DNA from: Flavobacteriaceae bacterium
GTDB taxonomy: Bacteria > Bacteroidota > Bacteroidia > Flavobacteriales > Flavobacteriaceae
Direction of reading: 5' to 3'
Length of the DNA stretch: 36,299 nt
Assembly: GCA_013042625.1 (NCBI GenBank)
Contig: JABDPU010000140.1
Location: 1-36,299 of the forward strand
Notes under the pieces: model-generated
Databases searched by the model: none
What the model was told of the DNA's origin: nothing
The model's input: only the letters and a program-made list of their open reading frames with translations
Shown: positions 15,248-24,700 of the stretch, in pieces
Layout of the letters: every line of letters begins with the position of its first letter
Numbering within the stretch: the stretch's first letter is position 1
Made by a program: the position numbers and the translations under genes

Positions 15248-17701
15248 GTGTCGCACTTCGTTGATATCATACTACCCATTCCACTTGAAAAACTCTTCAC
15301 ATATCAAATAAGTGATGAAGAGTCTCAGCTCCTAAGGCCAGGCATGCGAGTTGCAGTTCCCTTTGGGAAATCTAAGATATACACGGGCCTTGTGCATCAC
15401 CTTCACCAGGAACCACCACATGCCTATGAGGCAAAAGAGATCTATGAAATCCTTGATGAAGAGCCAATTGTTACAGAGAAACAATTAAAACTTTGGCAAT
15501 GGATTAGCAGCTATTATATGTGCACTTTGGGTGAGGTGCTTAGAGCAGCGGTTCCCGGTATTTTTCTCCTGGAGAGTGAGACTATCATTACCCTAAACGG
15601 GGAAAACAGAGACGGGGACAAATCACTGAATGACAATGAATTTTTAGTTTATGAAGCTTTGGTACACCAGGAATCGATCAAAGCACAGGATGTGGCTCAT
15701 ATACTCGACCGAAAGAGCATCCTACCCTTGCTAAAATCGATGATTGACAAAGGTGTTATTAAGGTAAGGGAGGAGTTACAGGAAAAGTATAAGCCCAAAT
15801 TGACCCGCTTTGTAAAAATTGAGGAGAGGTTTCGAAATGAGAAGGATTTAAATGAATTGCTTGAAGGTATGGACAGGGCACCTAAACAGCGTGATCTGAT
15901 CCTGGCCTATTATTCTATGACTTCTGATAACGAACTTGTTGCGGTTCCGGGTTTGTTGGCTAAGGGCCATGGCAGTTCTCAACAACTAAAAGCACTAATA
16001 AAAAAAGGAATTTTTTCTGAGCACTATCTGGAAACAGGTAGACTCCCAAGTTATGATGAAGAAAAGCAGCAGGTGAAAACCCTGACAGACCTTCAGCAAA
16101 CAGCACTCACCCAAACAAAGAAATTTTTTGAGGATGGTAAAACGGTTTTATTGCATGGTGTGACAGCATCAGGAAAAACCGAGATATATGCAAGTCTGAT
16201 TAAGGAGACCATTGAAAGAGAAAAGCAGGTATTGTATTTAGTTCCGGAGATTGCCCTCACAACTCAGCTGGTGGCCAGAATGGAAAAATTGTTTGGTGAT
16301 GAAATGCTAGTCTTTCACTCCAGATATTCCTTGAATGAACGCGTTGAAGTTTGGAATCATGTTCTAAAGGGCAGTCAGAGGGCAAAGATTGTCCTGGGAG
16401 CGCGATCGGCGGTGTTTTTACCATTTAATGATCTTGGACTGGTTATAATTGACGAAGAGCATGAACCTTCCTATAAGCAATTCGACCCGGCACCCCGTTA
16501 TCATGCCAGGGATACTGCAATAGTTCTGGCTCAAATGTTCTCCTCATCAACCATAATGGGTTCGGCAACACCTAGCCTGGAATCGTATTATAATGCTGCA
16601 ATTGCCCAGAAATACGGACTGGTTGAACTCAAATCGCGTTTTAATGATGTTTTGATGCCCGAAATAGAATTGATAGACCTAAAGGATAAATACAGGCGAA
16701 AACGCATGACTGGTCATTTTAGTGACCGCCTGATCCAGGAAATGGAAGAGGCACTTGAAGGTAATTTCCAGATCATATTGTTTCAAAACAGGAGAGGATT
16801 TTCACCCATCGTGGAATGCAATACTTGTGGAAATTCACCGCAATGCCCGAATTGTGATGTTTCGCTGACCTTCCATCAATTTAAGAATCAGCTGAGATGT
16901 CACTACTGTGGATATAATCTGCCCATGATACAGCAATGCCAGGCTTGTGGAAGCCCGGAGTTAGATAGTAAAGGTTTCGGAACGGAGCAGATAGAGGAGG
17001 AGGCTAAAGTCTTGTTTCCGGAGGCGAAGGTAGCCAGGATGGACCTGGATACTACACGAGGGAAATACAGCTATAATCGTTTAATAAATAAATTGGAGAA
17101 TCGGGAGATCGATGTTTTGGTTGGTACCCAGATGCTCACAAAGGGATTGGATTTCAGGCATGTAAAACTGGTTGGGATAATGAATGCAGACGCCTTGCTT
17201 AATTTCCCTGATTTCAGGGCGCATGAGAGGAGTTTTCAACTGATGCAGCAAGTCGCCGGTCGTTCTGGAAGAACTGATGTGAGAGGTAAAGTAATCATTC
17301 AAACATATAATCCGTATCATCGAATCGTTCAACAGGTTTCTGCCTATGATTATCAGGATATGTTTGATGAGCAATTGGAACAGAGAAGGACCTATAGGTA
17401 TCCACCGTTTTACAGGCTTATACGAATTACCCTTAAGCATAAGGATTTCAATAGGGTAAATGAAGGCAGTGAATGGCTGGCTATGGCTTTAAAACGCAGA
17501 ATCCCGGCTGAGGTATTGGGACCGGAGTTTCCACCAATAGCTCGTATCAGAAGGCAGTATCTTAAAAATGTCCTGGTGAAGATTGGTCCTGGTCAGTCCA
17601 TAGGAAAAACGAAAGAAGCTATTCTGAAAGTCAGAAATAGCTTCTTCAGTATAAAAGATTATAGACCTATAAGGGTAATATTAAATGTCGATTACTATTG
17701 A
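15248..17701 (+). CDS. priA: Primosomal replication-restart protein N' (PriA helicase).
   Basis: The start is a GTG. The N-terminus reads FVDIILPIPL...FTY. Walker A is GVTASGKTE and Walker B is DEEHE. There is a Cys-rich zinc region (C.TCG....CP.CD..L..H......L.CHYCG.......C..CGS) and a C-terminal GTQM..KG.DF.....V.....D. All are PriA signatures. Confidence 0.9.
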   Translation: MSHFVDIILPIPLEKLFTYQISDEESQLLRPGMRVAVPFGKSKIYTGLVHHLHQEPPHAYEAKEIYEILDEEPIVTEKQLKLWQWISSYYMCTLGEVLRAAVPGIFLLESETIITLNGENRDGDKSLNDNEFLVYEALVHQESIKAQDVAHILDRKSILPLLKSMIDKGVIKVREELQEKYKPKLTRFVKIEERFRNEKDLNELLEGMDRAPKQRDLILAYYSMTSDNELVAVPGLLAKGHGSSQQLKALIKKGIFSEHYLETGRLPSYDEEKQQVKTLTDLQQTALTQTKKFFEDGKTVLLHGVTASGKTEIYASLIKETIEREKQVLYLVPEIALTTQLVARMEKLFGDEMLVFHSRYSLNERVEVWNHVLKGSQRAKIVLGARSAVFLPFNDLGLVIIDEEHEPSYKQFDPAPRYHARDTAIVLAQMFSSSTIMGSATPSLESYYNAAIAQKYGLVELKSRFNDVLMPEIELIDLKDKYRRKRMTGHFSDRLIQEMEEALEGNFQIILFQNRRGFSPIVECNTCGNSPQCPNCDVSLTFHQFKNQLRCHYCGYNLPMIQQCQACGSPELDSKGFGTEQIEEEAKVLFPEAKVARMDLDTTRGKYSYNRLINKLENREIDVLVGTQMLTKGLDFRHVKLVGIMNADALLNFPDFRAHERSFQLMQQVAGRSGRTDVRGKVIIQTYNPYHRIVQQVSAYDYQDMFDEQLEQRRTYRYPPFYRLIRITLKHKDFNRVNEGSEWLAMALKRRIPAEVLGPEFPPIARIRRQYLKNVLVKIGPGQSIGKTKEAILKVRNSFFSIKDYRPIRVILNVDYY

Positions 17702-17703
17702 GG

Positions 17704-18399
17704 TTAAATGTTGTTCAAGGCATCAACCAATTGAGTTTTCTTATTTCGGCTCAATGGTATTTCAAATGATCCCACTTCTACATTCTTGCTATTAAATCGA
17801 TCGATTTTATCTAGGTTTACTATATAGGACTTATGTATTCTCAGGAATTTTCCGGCAGGTAATTCTGCTTCAAAGGCTTTCATTGTAGAAAGCACAACAA
17901 GACTATTCTCTTCTGTTACTACTTTCACATAATCACCCAGGGCTTCAATCCATTTGATATCCTTAATATAAACCTTACGTTTTTTAAGATTGCTCTTCAC
18001 AAATATATGTTCACCATCAGTTTCATTGAAGTCCAGTTTGAGCTTATGCTGCTCTATGGCCTTATCAACGGCGGTGTTAAAGCGTTCTCTCGTGATTGGT
18101 TTTTGAAGGTAGTCGGTTGCGTCGTAATTAAAAGCCTTGAACGCATATTCAGTCTTACCTGTGACAAAAATAATTTGAGGTTTGTTATTAAGAACATCCA
18201 GAAGTTCAAAGCCGTTAAGAACGGGCATTTCGATGTCCAAAAAGATTAGGTCTACTTTGTGAGTATTGAGTCCGTTTTTGGTCTCCAGAGCACTGCTATA
18301 TTCAGCAATCAAATTGAGATTGGGATGATTCTCAATCAATTTGACTATAGACAAGCGCTGGATTGCGGAATCATCTACAACAACACAATTTAAAGTCAT
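17704..18399 (-). CDS. LytTR-family (LytR/AlgR-type) two-component response regulator. No histidine kinase is adjacent.
   Basis: The receiver domain (VVVDDS....L......DLIFLDIEMP..NG.EL) has the conserved Asp. The C-terminal LytTR DNA-binding domain reads I.WIEALGDYV.V......V...TM...E..LP...F.R.H.SYIVN. Confidence 0.85.
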   Translation of the reverse strand: MTLNCVVVDDSAIQRLSIVKLIENHPNLNLIAEYSSALETKNGLNTHKVDLIFLDIEMPVLNGFELLDVLNNKPQIIFVTGKTEYAFKAFNYDATDYLQKPITRERFNTAVDKAIEQHKLKLDFNETDGEHIFVKSNLKKRKVYIKDIKWIEALGDYVKVVTEENSLVVLSTMKAFEAELPAGKFLRIHKSYIVNLDKIDRFNSKNVEVGSFEIPLSRNKKTQLVDALNNI

Positions 18400-18533
18400 A
18401 ACATTTAATTCTTTAGGTTAAGATATCGACAATAGTACAAAAATTTCGGTTAAAAACCAAAAAACATCGACAAAGTGTATTTATTAACAAAATTTTAACA
18501 ATAGTTTTATTCCATAAAAATTAGAGCAAAAAT

Positions 18534-18565
18534 GTTGCCAAAGCTCATTATAATGGTTATTTTTG
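18534..18565 (+). promoter_or_regulatory. Candidate sigma-A promoter of the rpsF-rpsR-rplI operon.
   Basis: The -7 box TATTTTTG (18558-18565) fits TAnnTTTG. A -33-like GTTG lies at 18534-18537, giving a 20-nt spacer. The start codon is about 43 nt downstream. Confidence 0.35.
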
Positions 18566-18608
18566 CAGGCGTTTTTATGAACAATTATAAAATAATTTAA
18601 ACAGAATT

Positions 18609-18947
18609 ATGAATCATTACGAAACTGTTTTCATTTTAAATCCCGTTTTATCTGAAGAGCAGATAAAGGAAACAGTAAAGAAGTATGAAGGTTTTCTTAC
18701 TTCAAAAGGGGCTAAGATGATAGCCAAAGAAGATTGGGGCCTGAAAAAGCTGGCTTACCCAATCCAGAATAAGAAAAGTGGTTTTTACCATCTTTTTGAG
18801 TACACCGTTGATGGTGAGGTGATCAATCAACTTGAAGTTGAGTTCAGACGTGACGAGCGCTTTATGCGATATCTCACAGTGAAATTAGACAAGCACGCAG
18901 TAGCTTGGGCTGAGAAACGTAGAATAAGAGACAAAGAAAAAGCGTAA
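18609..18947 (+). CDS. rpsF: 30S ribosomal protein S6.
   Basis: [18 protein letters not shown]...EDWG.(K/R)KLAYPI......G.Y is the S6 signature. Confidence 0.95.
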   Translation: MNHYETVFILNPVLSEEQIKETVKKYEGFLTSKGAKMIAKEDWGLKKLAYPIQNKKSGFYHLFEYTVDGEVINQLEVEFRRDERFMRYLTVKLDKHAVAWAEKRRIRDKEKA

Positions 18948-18949
18948 GC

Positions 18950-19246
18950 ATGGCAAGTATTGAACAACAGGCAAAAGGAAAGAAAGACGGAGAGATCAGA
19001 TATCTGACTCCGCTTAATATCGAGACGGTTAAAGCAAAGAAATATTGCAGGTTTAAAAAGTCCGGTATAAAATATATTGACTACAAAGACCCGGATTTCC
19101 TCATGAAATTCGTGAATGAACAAGGTAAGATTTTACCAAGGCGTCTAACCGGAACTTCACTGAAATACCAGAGAAAGGTTTCAGTTGCAGTGAAACGTGC
19201 ACGCCACCTGGCATTGATGCCTTATGTAACTGATCTTTATAAATAA
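18950..19246 (+). CDS. rpsR: 30S ribosomal protein S18.
   Basis: [15 protein letters not shown]...L..F.NE.GKILPRR.TGTS.KYQR.V..A.KRAR..AL.PY is the S18 signature. The gene starts 2 nt after rpsF. Confidence 0.95.
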   Translation: MASIEQQAKGKKDGEIRYLTPLNIETVKAKKYCRFKKSGIKYIDYKDPDFLMKFVNEQGKILPRRLTGTSLKYQRKVSVAVKRARHLALMPYVTDLYK

Positions 19247-19259
19247 TACTGGCATAACT

Positions 19260-19712
19260 ATGGAATTAATATTGAAACAAGACGTCGAAGGACTCGGATT
19301 CAAGGATGACATTGTAACTGTCAAAAATGGTTATGGTAGAAATTTCCTGATTCCCCGGGGGGTTGCTCATTTAGCAACACCTTCGGCCAAAAAAGTACTT
19401 GCCGAAAACTTGAAGCAACGTGCTTTTAAAGAAAAGAAAGTTATTGATGATGCTACAGCGCTCTCTGAATCACTTCAGGCACTGGAAATTAAAATTCCTG
19501 CCAAAGTTGGTTTGGGAGATAAACTGTTCGGTTCGGTGAATAATATCAATGTTGCCGATGCCCTTGAAAAGGAAGGCCACGAGATCGATAAGAAATTTAT
19601 CAATGTGATTGGTGGAAATGTTAAGCGTTTGGGCAAATACAATGCGGTCATCAGATTGCACAGGGAAGTAACACTCGATTTACCATTTGAGGTTATTCCT
19701 CAGGCTAAATAG
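19260..19712 (+). CDS. rplI: 50S ribosomal protein L9.
   Basis: MELILKQDVEGLG.KDDIV.VK.GYGRNFLIP.G.A..AT is the L9 N-terminal signature. The length is 150 aa. Confidence 0.95.
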   Translation: MELILKQDVEGLGFKDDIVTVKNGYGRNFLIPRGVAHLATPSAKKVLAENLKQRAFKEKKVIDDATALSESLQALEIKIPAKVGLGDKLFGSVNNINVADALEKEGHEIDKKFINVIGGNVKRLGKYNAVIRLHREVTLDLPFEVIPQAK

Positions 19713-19742
19713 TTTGAACATTGAATTACCAATTATAAAAAC

Positions 19743-19766
19743 AACCGCTTTTCAAGCGGTTTTTTT
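19743..19766 (+). terminator. Rho-independent terminator after rplI.
   Basis: AACCGCTT (19743-19750) pairs with AAGCGGTT (19754-19761) and runs into a T-tract ending at 19766. Confidence 0.65.
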
Positions 19767-19769
19767 ATT

Positions 19770-20240
19770 ATGAAATATAAACGTTTAACAAAAGAACAAT
19801 TAGAGGAATTACACCAGGAGTTTATCAATTTTCTGGCAACACAGTCGATCACAGTTGACGAATGGGACTCTATAAAAACAGATAAGCCTGAAGTCGCCGA
19901 ACAGGAACTGGATGTCTTTAGTGAACTGGTTTGGGAGGGCGTACTGCAAAAGGTTCAGTATCTGGAGAATATCTCGAAGCAACACCTCTATTTATTTGAA
20001 ACTACAGAGGCTGAAATTCGCCTGATTGGATTAAAAATTCTGAATGAAGCCATTGACCTAACCACCGCTGAAGGTTTTAACTGGCTCAGGGAAAACCTGA
20101 TGGATGACTCTGTTGAATTGTTCCATGCCAATAAAGCCTATTCAGAGGATCCACTCATAGACCGATTTCAACTGATCGAACAAGGAGCGGTTATCACCAA
20201 GGGAGATTTGTTCCGCTATTTTGATCGTTTGGTTGGATAA
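19770..20240 (+). CDS. Conserved hypothetical acidic cytoplasmic protein. From memory it resembles the Bacteroidota-specific DUF6495-type family, but this is unverified.
   Basis: 156-aa ORF with coding-like composition and no TM segment or signal peptide. The ATG lies 3 nt after the rplI terminator T-tract. Confidence 0.6.
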   Translation: MKYKRLTKEQLEELHQEFINFLATQSITVDEWDSIKTDKPEVAEQELDVFSELVWEGVLQKVQYLENISKQHLYLFETTEAEIRLIGLKILNEAIDLTTAEGFNWLRENLMDDSVELFHANKAYSEDPLIDRFQLIEQGAVITKGDLFRYFDRLVG

Positions 20241-20281
20241 ACACGTAAAAATTTGAGATATTTGTTCATCTTCATTTGAAC

Positions 20282-21652
20282 ATGGCACAAAAACCAAGAA
20301 TTCCGAAGGGAACCCGTGATTTTTCTCCTGCTGAGGTAACAAAGCGTCAGTATATTATTGAAAGTATCCGATCTAATTTTGAAGCGTTTGGCTTCCTGCC
20401 AATTGAAACCCCGAGTTTCGAATTATCAGATACCCTATTGGGTAAATATGGTGATGAAGGGGACAGGCTGATCTTCAGGATTCTCAATTCTGGTGATTAT
20501 CTTTCTAAAGTTGATCCTTCCATACTTGCTGATAAGGACTCGGCTACTTTGGCCGGATCTATTTCTGAAAAAGCATTGCGCTATGACCTCACCGTGCCGT
20601 TTGCACGCTATGTCGTGCAACATCAAAACGATATTGTGTTTCCCTTCAAACGATACCAGATCCAGCCTGTATGGCGTGCTGACCGGCCGCAGAAAGGACG
20701 CTTCCGGGAATTCTTCCAGTGCGATGCCGATGTCGTTGGAAGTAAATCCCTCTGGCAGGAAGTGGAATTCATTCAACTGTATGATGCCGTATTTCATGAT
20801 TTGAAGCTGAGTTCGGTTCAGATAAAGATCAATAATCGAAAGATATTATCCGGAATTGCAGAGCTAATCGATGCAACCGATCAATTTGTTGCTTTTACAG
20901 TGGCTTTGGATAAGCTGGATAAAATAGGGAAGGATAAAGTAGAGCAGGAGTGGCGTTCCGCAGGAATTTCTGATGAAGGTATTGAAAAGATACAGCCCTT
21001 GTTCGATTTAAAAGGCCATGTGCGCGAACAAGTTTCCCAGCTGAAGGCATTGCTTGCAGACTCGGAAACAGCTATGTCTGGTTTGAATGATACTGAATTC
21101 ATTCTTGATGCGCTGGATACGCTGAAATTGAAAACGGCTTCTGTAGAGCTTGATGTAACCTTAGCACGAGGGCTTAATTATTATACAGGCACTATTTTGG
21201 AGGTTGCCGCACCTGATGGTGTGCAATTGGGATCGATTGGTGGCGGCGGTCGCTACGATGACCTTGCCGGAGTTTTTGGACTGAAAGGTGTTAGTGGTGT
21301 TGGAATTAGTTTCGGACTGGATCGTATTTATCTTGCGATGGAGGAATTAAATGTATTCCCTGAGACCGTGAGCCAGGATGTGGAAGTCTTATTCATAAAT
21401 TTTGGTGAAAAGGAAGCCATGTATGCTATGAAAGCTATGAAAAAACTTCGGGATTCATCTGTAAACTGCGAGTTGTATCCCGATCCTGCTAAGATCAGCA
21501 AACAGATGAACTATGCCAACAGAAGGAATATTCCCTTCGTAGTTATGGCGGGAGACAAGGAAATGGCTGATGCCCAATACAGCTTAAAAAATATGAAAAC
21601 AGGAGATCAGGATACACTGTCCATTGAATCCCTGATAACTGCATTAAAATAA
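20282..21652 (+). CDS. hisS: Histidine-tRNA ligase.
   Basis: PKGTRDF.P, the class-II motif 2 region (FKRYQIQPVWRADRPQKGRFREFFQCDADVVG), GGGRYD.L and a C-terminal anticodon-binding domain. I prefer the ATG at 20282 (MAQKPRIPKGTRDF) to the TTG at 20276 used in the ORF track. Confidence 0.9.
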   Translation: MAQKPRIPKGTRDFSPAEVTKRQYIIESIRSNFEAFGFLPIETPSFELSDTLLGKYGDEGDRLIFRILNSGDYLSKVDPSILADKDSATLAGSISEKALRYDLTVPFARYVVQHQNDIVFPFKRYQIQPVWRADRPQKGRFREFFQCDADVVGSKSLWQEVEFIQLYDAVFHDLKLSSVQIKINNRKILSGIAELIDATDQFVAFTVALDKLDKIGKDKVEQEWRSAGISDEGIEKIQPLFDLKGHVREQVSQLKALLADSETAMSGLNDTEFILDALDTLKLKTASVELDVTLARGLNYYTGTILEVAAPDGVQLGSIGGGGRYDDLAGVFGLKGVSGVGISFGLDRIYLAMEELNVFPETVSQDVEVLFINFGEKEAMYAMKAMKKLRDSSVNCELYPDPAKISKQMNYANRRNIPFVVMAGDKEMADAQYSLKNMKTGDQDTLSIESLITALK

Positions 21653-21682
21653 AAAGCTCCGGGTCTACATCCGGAGCTTTTT
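21651..21682. terminator. Bidirectional rho-independent terminator between convergent hisS and the 2182-aa gene.
   Basis: AAAGCTCCGG (21653-21662) pairs with CCGGAGCTTT (21671-21680) across an 8-nt loop. An A-run lies 5' and a T-run 3', so the hairpin has a U-tract on both strands. Confidence 0.7.
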
Positions 21683-21707
21683 GGTTGAAGTAATTTTAAT
21701 ATCTACA

Positions 21708-24700
21708 TCACTCATTAACTAATACCATTTTTGAAAATGAACCGCCTCGGGTATTAATCTTAAGGATGTAGGTCCCAGTACTTAAATTACTCACTTCATA
21801 TTCTGAATAAGAGTTCTCTACAATCTCCTCAACAGAATATATCGCTTTACCTAATGCGTCATACACGACGATAGAGGTAATTTCTTTTAATGTTGGATTG
21901 ATCAGGATTATACTGTCTATGTCATTAACATAGTGTACATCCATCTGGTCGTATTCAGGGTCATCAATATTCAATGCCTGTGTGCTGAATACAATGCTGA
22001 ATCGCTCGGTATGTTCACCTGCAGTGAGGAAGAATTCATAGTCACCCAGGGTGAGATCATGATAAACTTCTAATTCACTATCATAAACATAGGCCTTCAA
22101 TCCGTTTGTGTTATTTGAAAAACTGTCCAGCGAAATAGAGTTCATTCCATCTATATTGGAGTGTACTCCAAGTGCTAATGTTGTCATTTCAGTCAGGTTT
22201 CCAATACCCTGGATATTGTGTTTCTTGTCTTCAATTATCCAGTAGAGATCGTCCATCTGATCGGCAAATACTTCGGCGTCATAACCCCAGTCAATATCTG
22301 CAGTAGCATTCTCATCTATGGTCAATAGTAATTGACGTCTAAGGGTATTTATCGAATTAAATCCAATACGCACCTGTGTCCTCGGATCGTTAGAGTTAAA
22401 GGTTTGAGAATTATTGTTATTCGATTGTGCAGCCGGAGCAGTTCCTGAACCAAAAGTTATATTGGCTCCCTGGTTGGCTTCCATGAAAATGGAATTACCA
22501 GATGACTCCTTGTGATAAACACGCTGTCCGTTGTTGAAATTAATAGTACCTGTACCTTCAGCTACAACGAAGAAACCTTGTCCGACCGGAATATATCGTC
22601 CCGGAAGTTTAGTTGGTGTACCTCCTGTTCCAACATCAGGATCGTTAGTTCCCAATGCTGCAGATGGTGCTCCACCTGAGAGGTTATAGGTGCCGTATCC
22701 TCCTAAATATTCAGACAGCACGTGTGAACCGCCACCCCAGTGTTCCCAGAAATATAGGGTACCTGTTGTTGCGCCGGTCCCGCTTATTACAGGTCCGTTG
22801 TCTAAGATAAACTGATGGGCATCTATAGCTGAGGCATAAGGATTACCTACCAGGTAGTCATTGCCAGCCGATAGAGGCAGGTTGATCACTGCATTATGAG
22901 GTTTTCCATTGAAAACATAATTCTGATCATCGGAAATACCACCTGATCCGGGGCCTTTCATTGTAAAGCCTTCACCAGCTAAGAGATTACCTGTACTCCT
23001 CACATGTTGCCAAGATGGATAATCGTCATCCAACTGGTTAGCAAATTTCCATATCCAGTAATCTGCAATTCCTATCGGGTTGGTATTTGTGCCGTTATAT
23101 CCTGTTGTTATCCAGTTGATATTCTGAGTATCATCAAAAATGACATCATCAACGGTATAACTGTTATTGTTTGAGGTTATATTACTCACACCTACAGGTG
23201 CTGCCCAATAGTTATAGGTATAAACATCTGCAGTTCCCTGCTGATCTCTTTCCAGCGTTCCTGAACTAGTGACTTCAAGGTCACTGCCAAGTGTTTGTAC
23301 AAGCTGTGATTCACCTTCAAGGTCTATGGTTCCATCTAACTGGAGATAGTGAGTTACAGTCAGTCCGTTTCCTGTACCAGCAGCTGTGTCGCCATCGATC
23401 TGGATATCACCTGAATATTGTTTTAAGGCCAATACCGATCGGTCTCTTCCTAAAACATCATCTGTAGCTATCCTGATATCGTGACTGGCTTCTACAATGT
23501 TCCAATCAACAGACATATTTGAGTCTACAATGGACACATCATTCGGAAGATTTTGTTCCGCATCGTTCAACCAGGTTGAAGGTGTGGTCCAGTCGCCATC
23601 AGAATTTGAAACATAAGGTAGAGGAGCTGTTTGCCTGTCTACCGTATCAAGATTCCTTAAGGCACCCAGGACATCGTTACCTGATACATCATTAACATTG
23701 GTATATGTATAGATGGTCATGTCGTAGTAAGCAGCCAGGTCTGTCCACGGGATCGACCCAACTTCATTTTTTGTTATAGTTGTTGGTAATTCCTTACCAC
23801 TAACAAATCCTGCATTGTCGGCAATTTCCTGGTTCATGATGAATCGCATTTGATCGACAGTTAAAGCACGGTCCCAAATCCTTACTTCATCAATGTTTCC
23901 TCTATAGTGGGCGACAGGAGTGTTTTTGCCGGCAGCTGCCAGGTAAAATGACTGATTTGTATCCACAGGAGGAGTTAAATTTTCAGTTTGGTCCAGTACC
24001 CCGTCGATATATAGATTGGCTTCTGTACCATCAAAGATGACGGCTACGTGATGCCATTTGTTTTCAGGAATTGAAACATTAGATCGGATATCTTCTGTCG
24101 ATCCATTTTTCCAGCTCATTTCTACTCGACCTCCACCATCAAATCTTAGATCATAACCTTCAGTATATGCTGCATCGCGTTTCGATAAAATTGAACTGTT
24201 CTCTGAACCTGTATCACGCTTGATCCATGCAGAGACAGTAAATTCAGTGGTGTTAAGATTCAACTGATTTTCCATATCAACATAATCAGAAATACCATCA
24301 AATCTGATCGATCGGTCAGAAATAACCTGAGGGGCATATCCAAAAGTGATATATTTTGTTCCGTCGAAATCATAGAAACAAAACAGGTTACCCATTCCGT
24401 CAGATTTCATAACACGGTATGTTGCAGTCGGATCGAAAACCGGACTATCTGAAATAAGCATCAGGTAATCTCCCGGAGGATTGATATTTCGAATCGCGGC
24501 CTGAGGGATCTGAACTTTAACCAGTCCGATATCACCGCCGGTCTCTACAAATTTCCAGTGTCTTTGCATTCCCGTGAAGCTAACATCGGTGTTAAGAGCA
24601 GGAACAATTCCCGCACTCATATTCACACCAACAGGAGCTTCCGGTAAATCAAGACTAACACCATTATTTCCCCACATGAGGAATTCACGGTTGTTGAAAG

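Noticed and set aside
15236-15250. A -7-like box (TACCTTTA) ending 4 nt before the priA GTG start, which would imply a leaderless mRNA.
   Set aside because: The last base differs from the consensus G and there is no -33 element at the right spacing. A GTG codon is a poor leaderless initiator. priA is more likely expressed from an upstream promoter or by read-through from the YihY-family gene.
20276-20281. The TTG start used by the ORF track for hisS.
   Set aside because: An ATG two codons downstream (20282) gives the N-terminus MAQKPRIPKGTRDF, which is typical of HisRS. The TTG adds only two residues and has no support.
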